Assembly (NCBI GenBank): GCA_963848295.1
Contig: CAWKDB010000010.1
Span: forward strand, 4,096,001 to 4,160,000
From: an uncultured delta proteobacterium
Lineage (GTDB): Bacteria; Myxococcota_A; Polyangia; Haliangiales; Haliangiaceae
DNA length: 64,000 bases
Direction of reading: 5' to 3'
The position numbers and the translations under genes were made by a program. The notes below the pieces were generated by a model that worked only from the letters and a program-made list of their open reading frames with translations, did no database searches and was not told the origin of the DNA. This document shows positions 51,202 through 61,535 of this stretch, piece by piece; positions within the stretch are counted from its first letter, which is position 1; each line of letters starts with the position of its first letter.

Positions 51202-52689
51202 TCACGGTGCGTCGACGCGACCTACGAACCCGTCTTGCAGTGCGGTCAGCAGACCGTCGAGCGAAGCACGGCCAGGCATCGGCTTTAGCCCGGACTCGAC
51301 GATCGCGCCGAGCGCCGCATCGCCGCGCCATGGAGTGCGTTGGCGCGTGACGATCGCCATCACGTTCGCCGAGTACTCGCCGGTGAACGGATGGTTGCCG
51401 GTGTGCCAGAACGCGATCATCGCAGCGAGCGCGAACACGTCCGCGGCCGCGGTCGCGGGATCCTGCGGGCGTGCGAGCACCTCGGGCGCGAAGTAGATGT
51501 GCGGGAAGCACAGCGCGACGCCATGATCGGGCTTGGTCATCGAGGCGTGAAATAGGTCGCACCGCGGCGTGATGCCGACGACGCGATCGCCATCGAGGAA
51601 CACGAGCTCGGGACGCAGGCCTCCGAGCACCAAGCCGCGAGCGTGCGCCGCGGCGATAGTCTTGCCGACCGCGAGCCCGCGCTGCGCCGCCTCAGTGGCG
51701 CCGAGGTTCGGCCATCCCGTCGCGCGAACTCCTGGCGGCGGCTCCTCTTCGACGAGCCCGTCGTAGCGCGCCTCACCGGCGGAGGCGAGCGGCCCGATGT
51801 GAAGCAGCGCGGCAACGCCTGGCACCTCATAGGCAAGCCGCTGCTCGAGTTTGGCGACCGGCTCGCGCTGAGGCGTTCCGAGCGTGATCAGCACCGGCAC
51901 GTTGCGCTTCACGTCCCGCCCGCGATAGAGCCCGCGGTCCGGGCTACCGAACAGCTCGTCTTCGATCTCGAACCGCCCGCCGTCGAGCGTCAAACCCTTC
52001 GGAAAGTCCCTCAGCCGATAGTTGTTACGGACCTGCACCGCGGCGGCGAACAGCTGATCGATTTGCTCGACCGACATCGTCATCGCTTCGCCGATGTCAT
52101 CGCGCGCGATCCGCCACACGTCTCCGCTCCTCGTCGCGTGTAGCGAGCTATCGAACCGTACCTCGTCAGTCGAGCGCTTCGAGAGCTGGTCGTGCCACGC
52201 CGGGCCTTGGCTCTCGGAGAGCAACGCGTCGATCAGTGCCTTGGCGATCCCGACCGGGTCGTTGATGACCTCCAATCCATGCTCGTCGTACTGCGCCACC
52301 GAAGGCGGGTGGACCTCCCCGAACAGGCGTTCGAAGTTGGCATCGACGTCCGGGACCTCGCCGCCATAGTCGTCGTCAAAGAACCGAACTGGGTATCGTC
52401 CACGCAGCCAGGCAACGAAATGCCGCGCGGTCTCGACCTCCGAGCTCAGATAATGAATGCCGATTCGATGGCTGTGGACATCGAACAGGATCGATCCCGT
52501 CGGAAACTGATCTGAGTGAGCTACTCGTTCCGCAATCGCGTCGTCGAGCAGCTCCTGCGCATACATCGCGATAAACGTGTGCGCGTCATGCGGATCGCGC
52601 GCGACGAGTGGCAGCGCCGCCAGATAGGCCTCGACCTCGCCCACATCGAACTCCCCGGTGACCGGCTCGATCGCGATGTCCTGGATCAC
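51202..52689 (-). CDS. Putative immunity protein 2: variable N-terminal domain plus pseudokinase domain
   Basis: GTGA overlap with the orphan toxin tip; same architecture, with a more diverged kinase-like half. Confidence 0.75.
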   Translation of the reverse strand: MIQDIAIEPVTGEFDVGEVEAYLAALPLVARDPHDAHTFIAMYAQELLDDAIAERVAHSDQFPTGSILFDVHSHRIGIHYLSSEVETARHFVAWLRGRYPVRFFDDDYGGEVPDVDANFERLFGEVHPPSVAQYDEHGLEVINDPVGIAKALIDALLSESQGPAWHDQLSKRSTDEVRFDSSLHATRSGDVWRIARDDIGEAMTMSVEQIDQLFAAAVQVRNNYRLRDFPKGLTLDGGRFEIEDELFGSPDRGLYRGRDVKRNVPVLITLGTPQREPVAKLEQRLAYEVPGVAALLHIGPLASAGEARYDGLVEEEPPPGVRATGWPNLGATEAAQRGLAVGKTIAAAHARGLVLGGLRPELVFLDGDRVVGITPRCDLFHASMTKPDHGVALCFPHIYFAPEVLARPQDPATAAADVFALAAMIAFWHTGNHPFTGEYSANVMAIVTRQRTPWRGDAALGAIVESGLKPMPGRASLDGLLTALQDGFVGRVDAP

Positions 52690-53000
52690 TGGCCCACCTT
52701 GTGCCCGGCGCTCATAACGTCGTCCTGGTATGCCCGGAATTGCGGCTTGTTCGTACCGGCATTGTAGGGGTTGTTCGTGTCGCCGGTTCCCTTCGGAACT
52801 GCGCGACCTTCCGCATCGACCTTGAACGCGACGCCATCCTGGCCGGGCGCGGGTGTCGCGGTCTTTACCTCGACGCTGTACATGACCTTACCGGCGTTCT
52901 CTCTGTCACCCTTCGGCTTGACGCGGATGAGTGTTCCATCCGTGAACGAGTAGACTGCCTGGTCCTGCTTTGCGGTTTTGGCCGGATCCGTCGGGTCACC
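52686..53000 (-). pseudogene. Orphan toxin C-terminal module
   Basis: DPTDPAK..KQDQAVYSFTDGTLIRVKPKGD...YSVEVKTATPA..QDGVAFKVD..G..VPKG..D.NNPYN...VMSAGH, colinear with the large toxin's C-terminus. Confidence 0.85.
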
Positions 53001-53169
53001 GATGGGTTGGGTTGCTTGCAGCGCGTGCTGGTAGCTCAGGTCGGTAATTGACCAGCTCTTCGGCCGAGAAAATCCCAAGGTTGTTGGGGGCATCGAGCAT
53101 TGCGTGGGAGATCAGGAGCCCCGAGCCATCATCGAGTTCGATGACAACACCCGCCTCGCGCGGTCTCCG

Positions 53170-54059
53170 CCTCGCATGACGTCAGGGCCGACGACCACGC
53201 ATCGCAAGGCGATCGCGACCTCGGAGCCCGCATCGCGCTAACTCGTGCCGAGCGCGAAGGTCTCGCTCAACATCGCGACCAGCCGATCGAGCGTCGTGCG
53301 GCCGGGCAACGGCAGCAGGCCGGACTCGACGATCGCACCGAGCTTCGCATCGCCGCGCCATGGCGTGCGCTGGCGGCTCATGATCGCGATCACATTGGCG
53401 GAGTAGTCGCCGGTGAACGGGTGCTCGCCGGTGTGCCAGTAGGCGATCATCGCCGCCAGCGCGAACACGTCGGCCGCGGGCGTCGGCGGATCTTCGGGCC
53501 GTGCGAGCACCTCGGGCGCGAAGTAGACGTGAGGGAAGCACAGCGGCACACCGTAGTCGGGCTTGGTCATCTTCGCGTGGAACACGTCGCAGCGCGGCGC
53601 GATGCCGGTCACGCGGTCACCGTCGATGTACACCAGCTCCGGGCGAAGGCCGCCGAGCACGATGCCGCGCGCATGTGCCGCGGCGACGACCTCGGCGACC
53701 GCGAGGCCGAGCCGAGCCGTCGTGGCCGCGCCCATCACCGTCGGGTGATCTGCGCTGGGGATGCCCGCAGGTTCGTCCTCGACCAGCCCGTCGTAGCGGG
53801 CCTCGCCGATCGCGGTGACCGGCCCGATGTGCCGTAGCGCCGCAATCCCAGGCAGCTCGTAGCCGAGGCGCTGGCGGACCTGATCGAGTGGATCGCGTTG
53901 CGGCGTCCCGATCGAGATCAAGACGGAGGTCTGGCGCTCGCGATCGCGGCCGCGGTACAGCCCTCGGTCCGCGCCGCCGGCGAGCTCCTCGCGCAACTCG
54001 TAGCGACCGTCATCGAGTGTGGCACCTAGCGGGAGGTGGTCGCGCAGGAACGCTTCGCG
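53170..54059. repeat. ~890-bp direct repeat, copy 2
   Basis: See 48698..49588. Confidence 0.92.
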
Positions 54060-54716
54060 CAGCTGAGACGCGTCGCCGGCGAGTCGCTCGATCGTCTCCG
54101 GTGACAGCGTCAGCTCGCCGCGGTCATCGCTGCGAATCCGCCACCCCATACCGTCCCAGCTCGCAACAAGCCCACGCGCGATCTGGAGTGGCGCCTGGCC
54201 AGCGGCGACCGGTGGCTGTTGCAACTCGGCACCGCGCCCCGACAGCAGGGCTAGCACCAGCTCGTGCGCGATGTCGTCGGGATCGTTGATGAGCTCGAGC
54301 CCGTTCTCATCGAAGCTCGAGACCACCGGCGGATGAACCTTGCCGAACAGTAGCTCGAGCTTGTCGTCTACGTGTTCCGTGCGATCGCGACCGTAGTCGT
54401 TGTCGAGAACCTTCAGCGCGTAACGCTCGCGCAACCATTGAACGAAGCGCCTAGGCTCTTCGGTCCGGCTGGTCGAGTATCCGAGGGTGATCACCTGGGG
54501 GTGAACTGCGACGACGACGATCGGGCCTGGGAAGCCTGTAGCGCCACCCGTTCGCTCTGCGAGCGCCTCGTCGAGCACGTCTCGCGCATAGCCCAGAATG
54601 AACGTATGAGGTGCGATCGGGTCGGGCGCCGCCCACGCACGGCTCGTAAGGAATGTCTCGATCGCCGGGACATCGAACGTCCCGGTTAGCGGCTCTAGAG
54701 CGATATCAGTGATCAT
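53238..54716 (-). CDS. Putative cognate immunity protein 1: variable N-terminal domain plus pseudokinase domain
   Basis: ATG overlaps (ATGA) the reconstructed native toxin stop at 54713-54715. Confidence 0.78.
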   Translation of the reverse strand: MITDIALEPLTGTFDVPAIETFLTSRAWAAPDPIAPHTFILGYARDVLDEALAERTGGATGFPGPIVVVAVHPQVITLGYSTSRTEEPRRFVQWLRERYALKVLDNDYGRDRTEHVDDKLELLFGKVHPPVVSSFDENGLELINDPDDIAHELVLALLSGRGAELQQPPVAAGQAPLQIARGLVASWDGMGWRIRSDDRGELTLSPETIERLAGDASQLREAFLRDHLPLGATLDDGRYELREELAGGADRGLYRGRDRERQTSVLISIGTPQRDPLDQVRQRLGYELPGIAALRHIGPVTAIGEARYDGLVEDEPAGIPSADHPTVMGAATTARLGLAVAEVVAAAHARGIVLGGLRPELVYIDGDRVTGIAPRCDVFHAKMTKPDYGVPLCFPHVYFAPEVLARPEDPPTPAADVFALAAMIAYWHTGEHPFTGDYSANVIAIMSRQRTPWRGDAKLGAIVESGLLPLPGRTTLDRLVAMLSETFALGTS

Positions 54717-57700
54717 GGTCCAGCCCGGTGGCCGGCGCCCATGACGGCCGACTCGTATGCATCGTACTGCGTCTTGTTCGTTCCGTCGTTGTACGGGTTG
54801 TTCGCGCGTCGCGTACTCGAGCCCCGCGCAGGATCAGGGCGCGACCGTTGTCTGGCACCCACGCGTTCGCCGTCTTCCGAGTTCCCGTTGCGTCCTCGAC
54901 CTGAATCGCTCCTCGAAAGCGGATAACGAAATCCCAGCCGAGCGTCTGCAGGAACCGATACAGCTTCTGATCGCCGAAGCCGCGATCCGCCAGCACTGTG
55001 ATCTTCACGTCGGGCGCGACGCAGTCGTGCAGCCGTTCGAGCAACCGATACTCGTGGTCATTCCGCTTGTTCTTGAGCGTGGTCTTGCTCACCGTCATCC
55101 AGATCAACGGGGTCGCCCGCCCATGGCTGGTGATCAGGTAGCCCGCCAGCGTCGCGTGGTCGTCGCCATCGAACTCTGTCCAGTCGAGCGCGACGACGAT
55201 CTCCTTGCGCTCTGCGACGACAAACTGGGCCCACGGTCGGAACAACGTCCACACGTCGATGCCCGGGTTTCCGAGCAAACGATCGGTCTGCTCACCCCGG
55301 ACGTCATCCGGACCCTTCGGTACGGGATCACCCTGTATATCCACTTTGAACGAAACCCCCGCTTGATCGGATGCCGGCGTCGCAGTCTTGACCTCGACAC
55401 TGTATGTGAGCTTGCCCGGATTGTTATTCTTGTCACCCTTTGGCTTGATGCGGATCAGGGTCCCATCGGTGAAGTCATAGGCGACCTGGTCCTGCATCTT
55501 CGTGGGGTCCGTAGGATCCTTCGTGGGATCGATGGCCCGCGTCGCCGCACCTCCTGCAACCTCGAGGTCTAGCAAAGCTTCCATCTCTGCCTGGGTCTTG
55601 CCGTCGAGCTGAGACGCGAGGCGCTTCGCCGCCCCGCCCGCCGTTCCGCTGTCATAGTTCGTGAGCCGATTCTTCAGGTCCGTCGTCGGTCCTTTGAAGG
55701 CCTTTCGACTGGCCATCTCTGTAGTCGCACGATTCGTAGCAGCGGTCTGTGCCTCGTTCTTTGCAGCGGCCTTTGCAGCCTTGTCAGCGGCCTTGCCCGC
55801 GAGTTTGATCGCGGTGTCCGACTTGGCCCCGGGCTTCGCCATCTCGCTGTCGTAGGTGGCAACCCCTGCAGCGCGCGTTGCTTCTCGCACGCGCACGGCG
55901 GCGTCGGGAGGAATGTCCTGGTACTTGGCGAGCTCGCGCCCCGAGTGGCTATTGGCCGTGTCGAAGATCCGCGTCGCATCGCCTGGTGGAATGTTGCCGG
56001 CCTTGGTCTGCAGGTCGGTCGGACCCGCTAGTCCGGCTTCGTCACCGGTTACCAGGCCCGCGGGCGGCTCGTTGAATATCACGACGCTACCGAGAGCCTC
56101 GTGGTCGACCGTATAGACGTCGCCGCTCCATACGAAGTTGCCGTGCTCATCGGTCGCGATCATTCGCGACTTGAAGACACCGACGTTCTTGTTCCCGGCC
56201 CAGGATCCGATGCGCTCGGGCTGCAGGATCTTGATCTGGACGAGCGGCTCCTTGGCGCCGGGCGTCGGGTTGCCGATCCTATCACCACCCTTGGAGGCGT
56301 ACGGGGTCTGAACTGTGTGCTCGGCGAGCTTGTTGCGCGCGCAGAACGCGACGTCGGCTGCCGACGGGAACACGTTGACCTTGTTGAGCTCGCCGTTACG
56401 ACCGCCGCCCTGCACGAGCTCTCCGAAGCTCGTCGACCCACCCTTGATCATCTTGCCGGCAGTCAACGGATGCGAGTGAGCGACGGCGCGCACGCCCGGG
56501 AACCCGGCCCAATCGACCGCCCCGGGCTCGCCGCGGATGATGAAGAACTCGCCGTTCGCCTCGCCGATGCCCCATTCGACGCTGCGCGTATCGAAGTGGC
56601 GCGGCGCTTCCATCCCGATCGCTTGAAACGCGGCGGGATCTCCGGCGGCGAGCTTGGCGAGCACCGCTTGGGCAGTCGACTCGTTCGCTAGCTTCGTACC
56701 GATCGCGACGTTGGTCCGCGTCAGCACGGCGGACGGATCCATCGTCGGGGTGATCTCGACCGCCGGCGTCGCAGCCTGGTCCGGCGTGGCGGGGGCGGTA
56801 CCCTTCGTGTCGATCGCGTCGATGAAGGCTTGCTGGTCCTTGGCCGAGAGCTCGCCCAGATGCGAACGTGCGGCCGCGATGTCAGCCGCGTTGTTCTGTT
56901 CGACCGCATTCTTGAGCGCGAGCAGCGCAGTGCGTTGCTGTTCGGTGAGCGAGTAGATCTGCGCGTCGTCGAGCTTCGCTCGCCTCGCGACCTCGACGAT
57001 CTGCTTGCCCGTCGGTGTGATCGCCCAATCGGGCACGGCCTCGGCGACCAGGATCGGCGTCGCGTTGTCGCCCTTCGGCGTGATTCGCCAGGTCTGCGCG
57101 CCGGTTCCCGGATCGCGCTCGCCTTCCGGAACGACGGTCGCGCCTTCGGCGGTCTCGAGCGCGCGCATCCGCGCGACCTCGGCGGCCCCGGCCTCGAAGA
57201 AGTTCGGACCGCGCTGCTTCATCGTCATCGCCATCTCGGCGCCGAGCGAGTTCGCGCGCAGGTCGTTCAACGTCTTCATCTGCTTGTCGAGCACGTCACC
57301 GTTGATGCCCTGCGCCTTGGCACCTTTCTTGTCGTTATTCGCCGCGTCTTTGAGCGCCTCGAGCGCGTCCATCTCCTTGTCGATCTGCGCTTGGTCTCTG
57401 TGAGCCGCCTCGATCACATCCGCGGCCGATACCTTGCCGCCCCTCGTCACCCTGTCCTGCATCACGAGGTTGGCCTTGCGCTCGGTGGCCCAACCATCGA
57501 GTGCGAGCTGCCATTTCTTGCCCGCAAACGCGGCGCTGACCTCGAGCTTCTTGATCGGCGACTCCATCAGCCGGCCACCGATCGAGAAGATCACGGCCTG
57601 TGACACCGCCATGATGATCGCGTCATGCTGCTCCTGCTCGGTCATCGGCTTCGCGCCGAACATCTGTTTGACCTTCGCCTCGACCCAGCCGGTCATGATC

Positions 57701-60700
57701 CCGATGCCGCTGTTGATCATCGACTGACCGATCGCGTCGCCTGCGGTCGCGGCGAACTTCGCGAGCTTACCGGCCTCTTCGCCGGCCTTGAACAACCTCG
57801 ACAGCCCGAGCGCCTTGACGCCCATGCCGACGCCGCGCATCGCGCCGAACATCACCAGGTTCTTCGCGAAGTCGCTGAGCAGCGCACCGATGCTGTGATC
57901 CCTCGAGAACGCCACGTTCGACAGCACCGTGAATGTCGCGGTCTCGGCGAGGAAGCCGGCCACCGCGGCCGTGTTGCGCGCGACGCCGATGCCGCCGACC
58001 ACGACCTCCGTGCCATCGACGACCAGCGCTGTGCCGCCGAGCGTGGCCGACAGCGCCGAACCCGCGCCCATGCTGACGAGCGTGATCGCGACCATCGCGA
58101 TGATCATCACGATCATCTGGTCTTCGTGGATCGTCTTGAGCTCGTCCTGGACCTCCTTGAGGAAGCCCTGGAACTTCGTGTCCGCGGCGAGCGTCTCGAA
58201 GTCGGTGCGGGCCTTGTCCATCGCTTTCTTGTCGCCGGCCTCGCCCTTCTTGATCAGCGCGTAGATCGCCTTCCACTGCGCGTAGTAGTCCTTCGCTCGC
58301 ACCTTGAGCGCGGTGGCGTCTCGCCGGTCTCCGCCGAGCGTCGTCCACGAGTCCACCGCCTGATCGAGCGAGGTCCACTCGTGCTCGAGCTGGGCGGCCT
58401 GCGCGGCGACCTGCGATTCGAAGATCAAGTTGCGGGCGTCTTGCGTCGTGCCCGCCGCTTTCGGATCGGCCTTGGACGGGTCACCGAGCATCTGCGACAT
58501 CATCTGCGCGCGCAGCTGTCCGAGTTGCTTGCGCTCCTCGATCTCGCGCTTGCCCATACCGTCGGTGTCGAAGTCTTGCTTCGCGTCGGTCGTATCGCTC
58601 GCCTGATACGACGCCGACTGCGGCGTGCTGAGCCCGCGCTCGAGGATCTCGATCTCCAGCGTCAGCGTGTGACGCGACGCCGCGGCGATCATCTGCGCGG
58701 CACTGTCGACGAGGTCACACGACAGCAGCGCGTTCGCCCACATCTCGGCGTCCTGGCGCAGCGGATGATCCGGCGGCAGCCCGTCGGTCGTGCCCTTGTC
58801 GGCCGAATCCTTGTTGGCGGCTTTGTAGGCGTCGAGTCGCGCGCCATCCCCCGCGAGCCCGGCGCCGGCGCGCGAGATGATGTCGGACTGCTTCTTGGAC
58901 TGAGCGTCCCACTTCGCGACGTCGCCATCGTCTTGGGTCTCGAGCTGGGAGACCCGGTGCTCGATCATCGTCGCCGCCGTGATGACCTTCTCCTCGAGCT
59001 GGAACTGCTGCGCGATCGGCGCGATCGAGGAGCGCAGCACGTTGGCGTTCACGCGCATCTCCTCGAGGATGCGCTCGCGCGGTCGCGCGTCCTTGGGATC
59101 GATCGGGCCCGCTTGCGACAACGCAGCCTCGGCTGCCTCGGGGCCGTTGGAGCGCGCGAGCTGTGCGGCGCGGCCGATCGGATTCTCGACCTCGGCGAAC
59201 GTGCCACGCGTATCGTCCTCGAGGCCGTACAGCGGGTGCGCGACCTGGAGCCGGAAGCTCTCCGTCGATGGCAAGCCGAGCGCGAGCACGATCTCCTCGG
59301 GCGTCGCCGTCGCCGGGCTGATCAGCCGGTGCCAGCCGGGCAGGTCTTTGACATCCTCGAGCTGGATGTTCTGAGACGAGTTGAGCAGCTTCGGCGGGCC
59401 GGCGAGCTCGGGATGCCGCTCCTTGAACTTGACCTGATCGATCCCGACCATGTTGCCCTTCGCGAGGGCGGTGATGACGAGCGGATCGATCGGATGCGAC
59501 ACGAGGACGTCGTCGGGACCGGGCTCCTTGCCGTTCGCGATCTTCGCTTGCGCGTAGCGCGGGATCTCGCGCTGCAGCGATTCCGCGATCCGGCGCGCGA
59601 GCGCGTTGCCGACCTCGGTGCCGACGCTCGGGAAGTACGAGTCGGGCCCCTTCGACACCGGCGATCCGCCGTCGACGCTCGCTGGCTCTACCTCGGTCAC
59701 GACGCGCGACTCTGCGACCAGCTTGCCGATCAGCTCGGGGCGCACGAGCGAATCGAGGTCGGTCTTCGCGGTGATCTGTGCAGCCATCGCGGTGGGAAAC
59801 TGCGTGACACCGGCCGCCGTCCACGTCACCGTGTCGTCGTAGGTCGCGAACGGCAGGGCGCGCAGTTGATCGGCAGCGCCGGCGGCGATCTGCACCAGGT
59901 ACTGCTCGTAGTAGGCCTGCGTCGTCGGCCCGGGGTCCACCGTGCCCGCTTGGCAGCGCTGCAGTTGCAGCCCGGTGCGCATGACGTCGCCGACCGCGCC
60001 CGCGAAGTTGCCCAGGCGCTCGAGCCCGGCGTCGCGCTCGGCGCCCTGATCCTCCGCGCCGATCGGCTGGCGTCGAGCGTCCGGATCCTTGTGCGCGTCG
60101 GCTTGCTGCGCGGTGTGCGCGAGCTCGTGCGCGAGCAACGCGTCGCCCGCCACCCCGGACGTCGGTGCGCTCGAGCCCATGACGACGTTCTGCCCGACGG
60201 CGAACGCGGCGGCCCCGTGCTCGCTCGCCATCCCGGCCGCGGTCGGCCCGGTGTGGATCTTCGCGCCCGAGACGTCGGCGCCGACGACCGCCGACATCCG
60301 CTGCGCGGTCGCGTGATCGAGCGAACGGCCCGGGCCGAGCTCGGCCTCCATCCCGTCGAGCGACTTGCGATTGACGATCGGCTGCGCGTCGCTCGCGGAC
60401 CGCGGAGCTTGATTCGTCTCCGCGGCTTGCGCGGCCGCTGGATCGGCGGCGGCGAGCTCGGGTGGCAGCTTGTGGGTCTGCTTCCAGTACTGGACGCCGG
60501 CGCGGACGCGCGCGACGAGCAACGGGACCAGCGCCTCGGCACCGGTGGCGGTGCGCGCCTCGGGGACCCAGCGCTGGATCAAGGTCACCGTCGACTTCGC
60601 GGGCAGCGCCGCGTACTTCGCGAAGTATTGCGCGATGTACGGACACGCGACCGCCGAGCCGATCATGCCGAGCTCGGCATCCGCCGCCGCGGTGACGAAC

Positions 60701-61308
60701 GGCCTCAGCCGCTCGAGAAACGAGCTCTTCAGCATCTGCCCGGGGGCGAGCGTGCCGCCGTCGACGAGAAGCTGTTGCACCGCCGAGGCCCCGGCCGTGA
60801 CCTGCGCCGCGACCTGATCGGCGTGTTGTTCCGCCGCCGAGCCCTCGGCACCGACCGCGACCTTGCGCTGCGGCGCCGGTGTCGCGCCTCGCTGCTGCGC
60901 GACGTGCGTGAGCTCGTGCGCCATCAACGCTTGGTCGTGCTCGCTCTCGCCGGGCCCCAGGAAGATGTCGTTGCCGTACGCGAACGCGCGCGCGCGCATC
61001 GCGTGCACCGTTTTTTGCGACAGCGGATCTTTGTGGAACCGCGCACCGCTGACATCCACGCCGGTGTCCGCCCGCACCAGGGCCGCGAGGTCCGCGGGTA
61101 CGGGCTGTCCCTCGCCCCGCTTCTCCACCGCGAGCGTCGCGGCGTCTTCGAGATCGTTCGGGGCGCGGGCGGCGCCGAGGTCGCGCCACAACTGGGCCTC
61201 GCGGCGCGCGTGATCGGGCGCGACGCCATCGCTTCGCGGGCTCCGTCGGGCCTCGGCGACCGGGCGCTCGGCGAGCTCGGGACGATGAAGTCTCTCGCGC
61301 TCGCTCAT
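54713..61308 (-). CDS. DUF4157 (eCIS core domain) polymorphic toxin, with its C-terminal tip interrupted by a transposase fragment
   Basis: Two DUF4157 units (ARAFAYGNDI...AHELTHVAQQ; AAAFAVGQNV...AHELAHTAQQ), LQRC, hydrophobic region IVMIIAMVAITLVSMGAG, JAB-like HSHP...PSAAD, C-terminal variable module. Confidence 0.82.
54803..55299 (-). mobile_element. Internal fragment of an IS4-like DDE transposase (497 bp, no ends seen)
   Basis: QTDRLLGN..IDVW, VALDWTEFD, HGRATPLIW, VLADRGFGD, DFVIRFRG. Covers the first two catalytic Asp regions only. Confidence 0.82.
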
Positions 61309-61498
61309 CGCCCCCCGGGCCAGTATACGATCGCCCGGTCAGAATATCCCCGCGATTCCAGACGATCCGGTGGATCCAGGTTGCCAAGCGGTGAGCCGTG
61401 GCCCGTGCGGTCACGCCCGACCGCACACCGAAGCGAGCCTATTCGCTGTGAGGCGACACCGCCTCGTGATCGCGCGGCCCCAGAGCGCCCGAGCCTGA

Positions 61499-61514
61499 TG
61501 GCGCGTCCGATGCA
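61499..61514 (+). promoter_or_regulatory. Putative sigma54 promoter
   Basis: TGGCGCGTCCGATGCA, GG-N10-GC; GGAGG RBS before ATG 61536. Confidence 0.62.
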
Positions 61515-61535
61515 GCGTCACGTCTGGGAGGACGT

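Noticed and set aside
48698..54059. Diversity-generating retroelement (TR/VR) interpretation of the direct repeats
   Set aside because: No reverse transcriptase is in the window, the repeats are much longer than typical TR/VR, and the mismatches I inspected are not adenine-specific.
54706..54802. C-terminus TTRTTTERTRR...GLDHDH of the 2200-aa ORF as genuine
   Set aside because: Out-of-frame read-through after the transposase insert. The native frame matches the orphan tip and ends at 54713.
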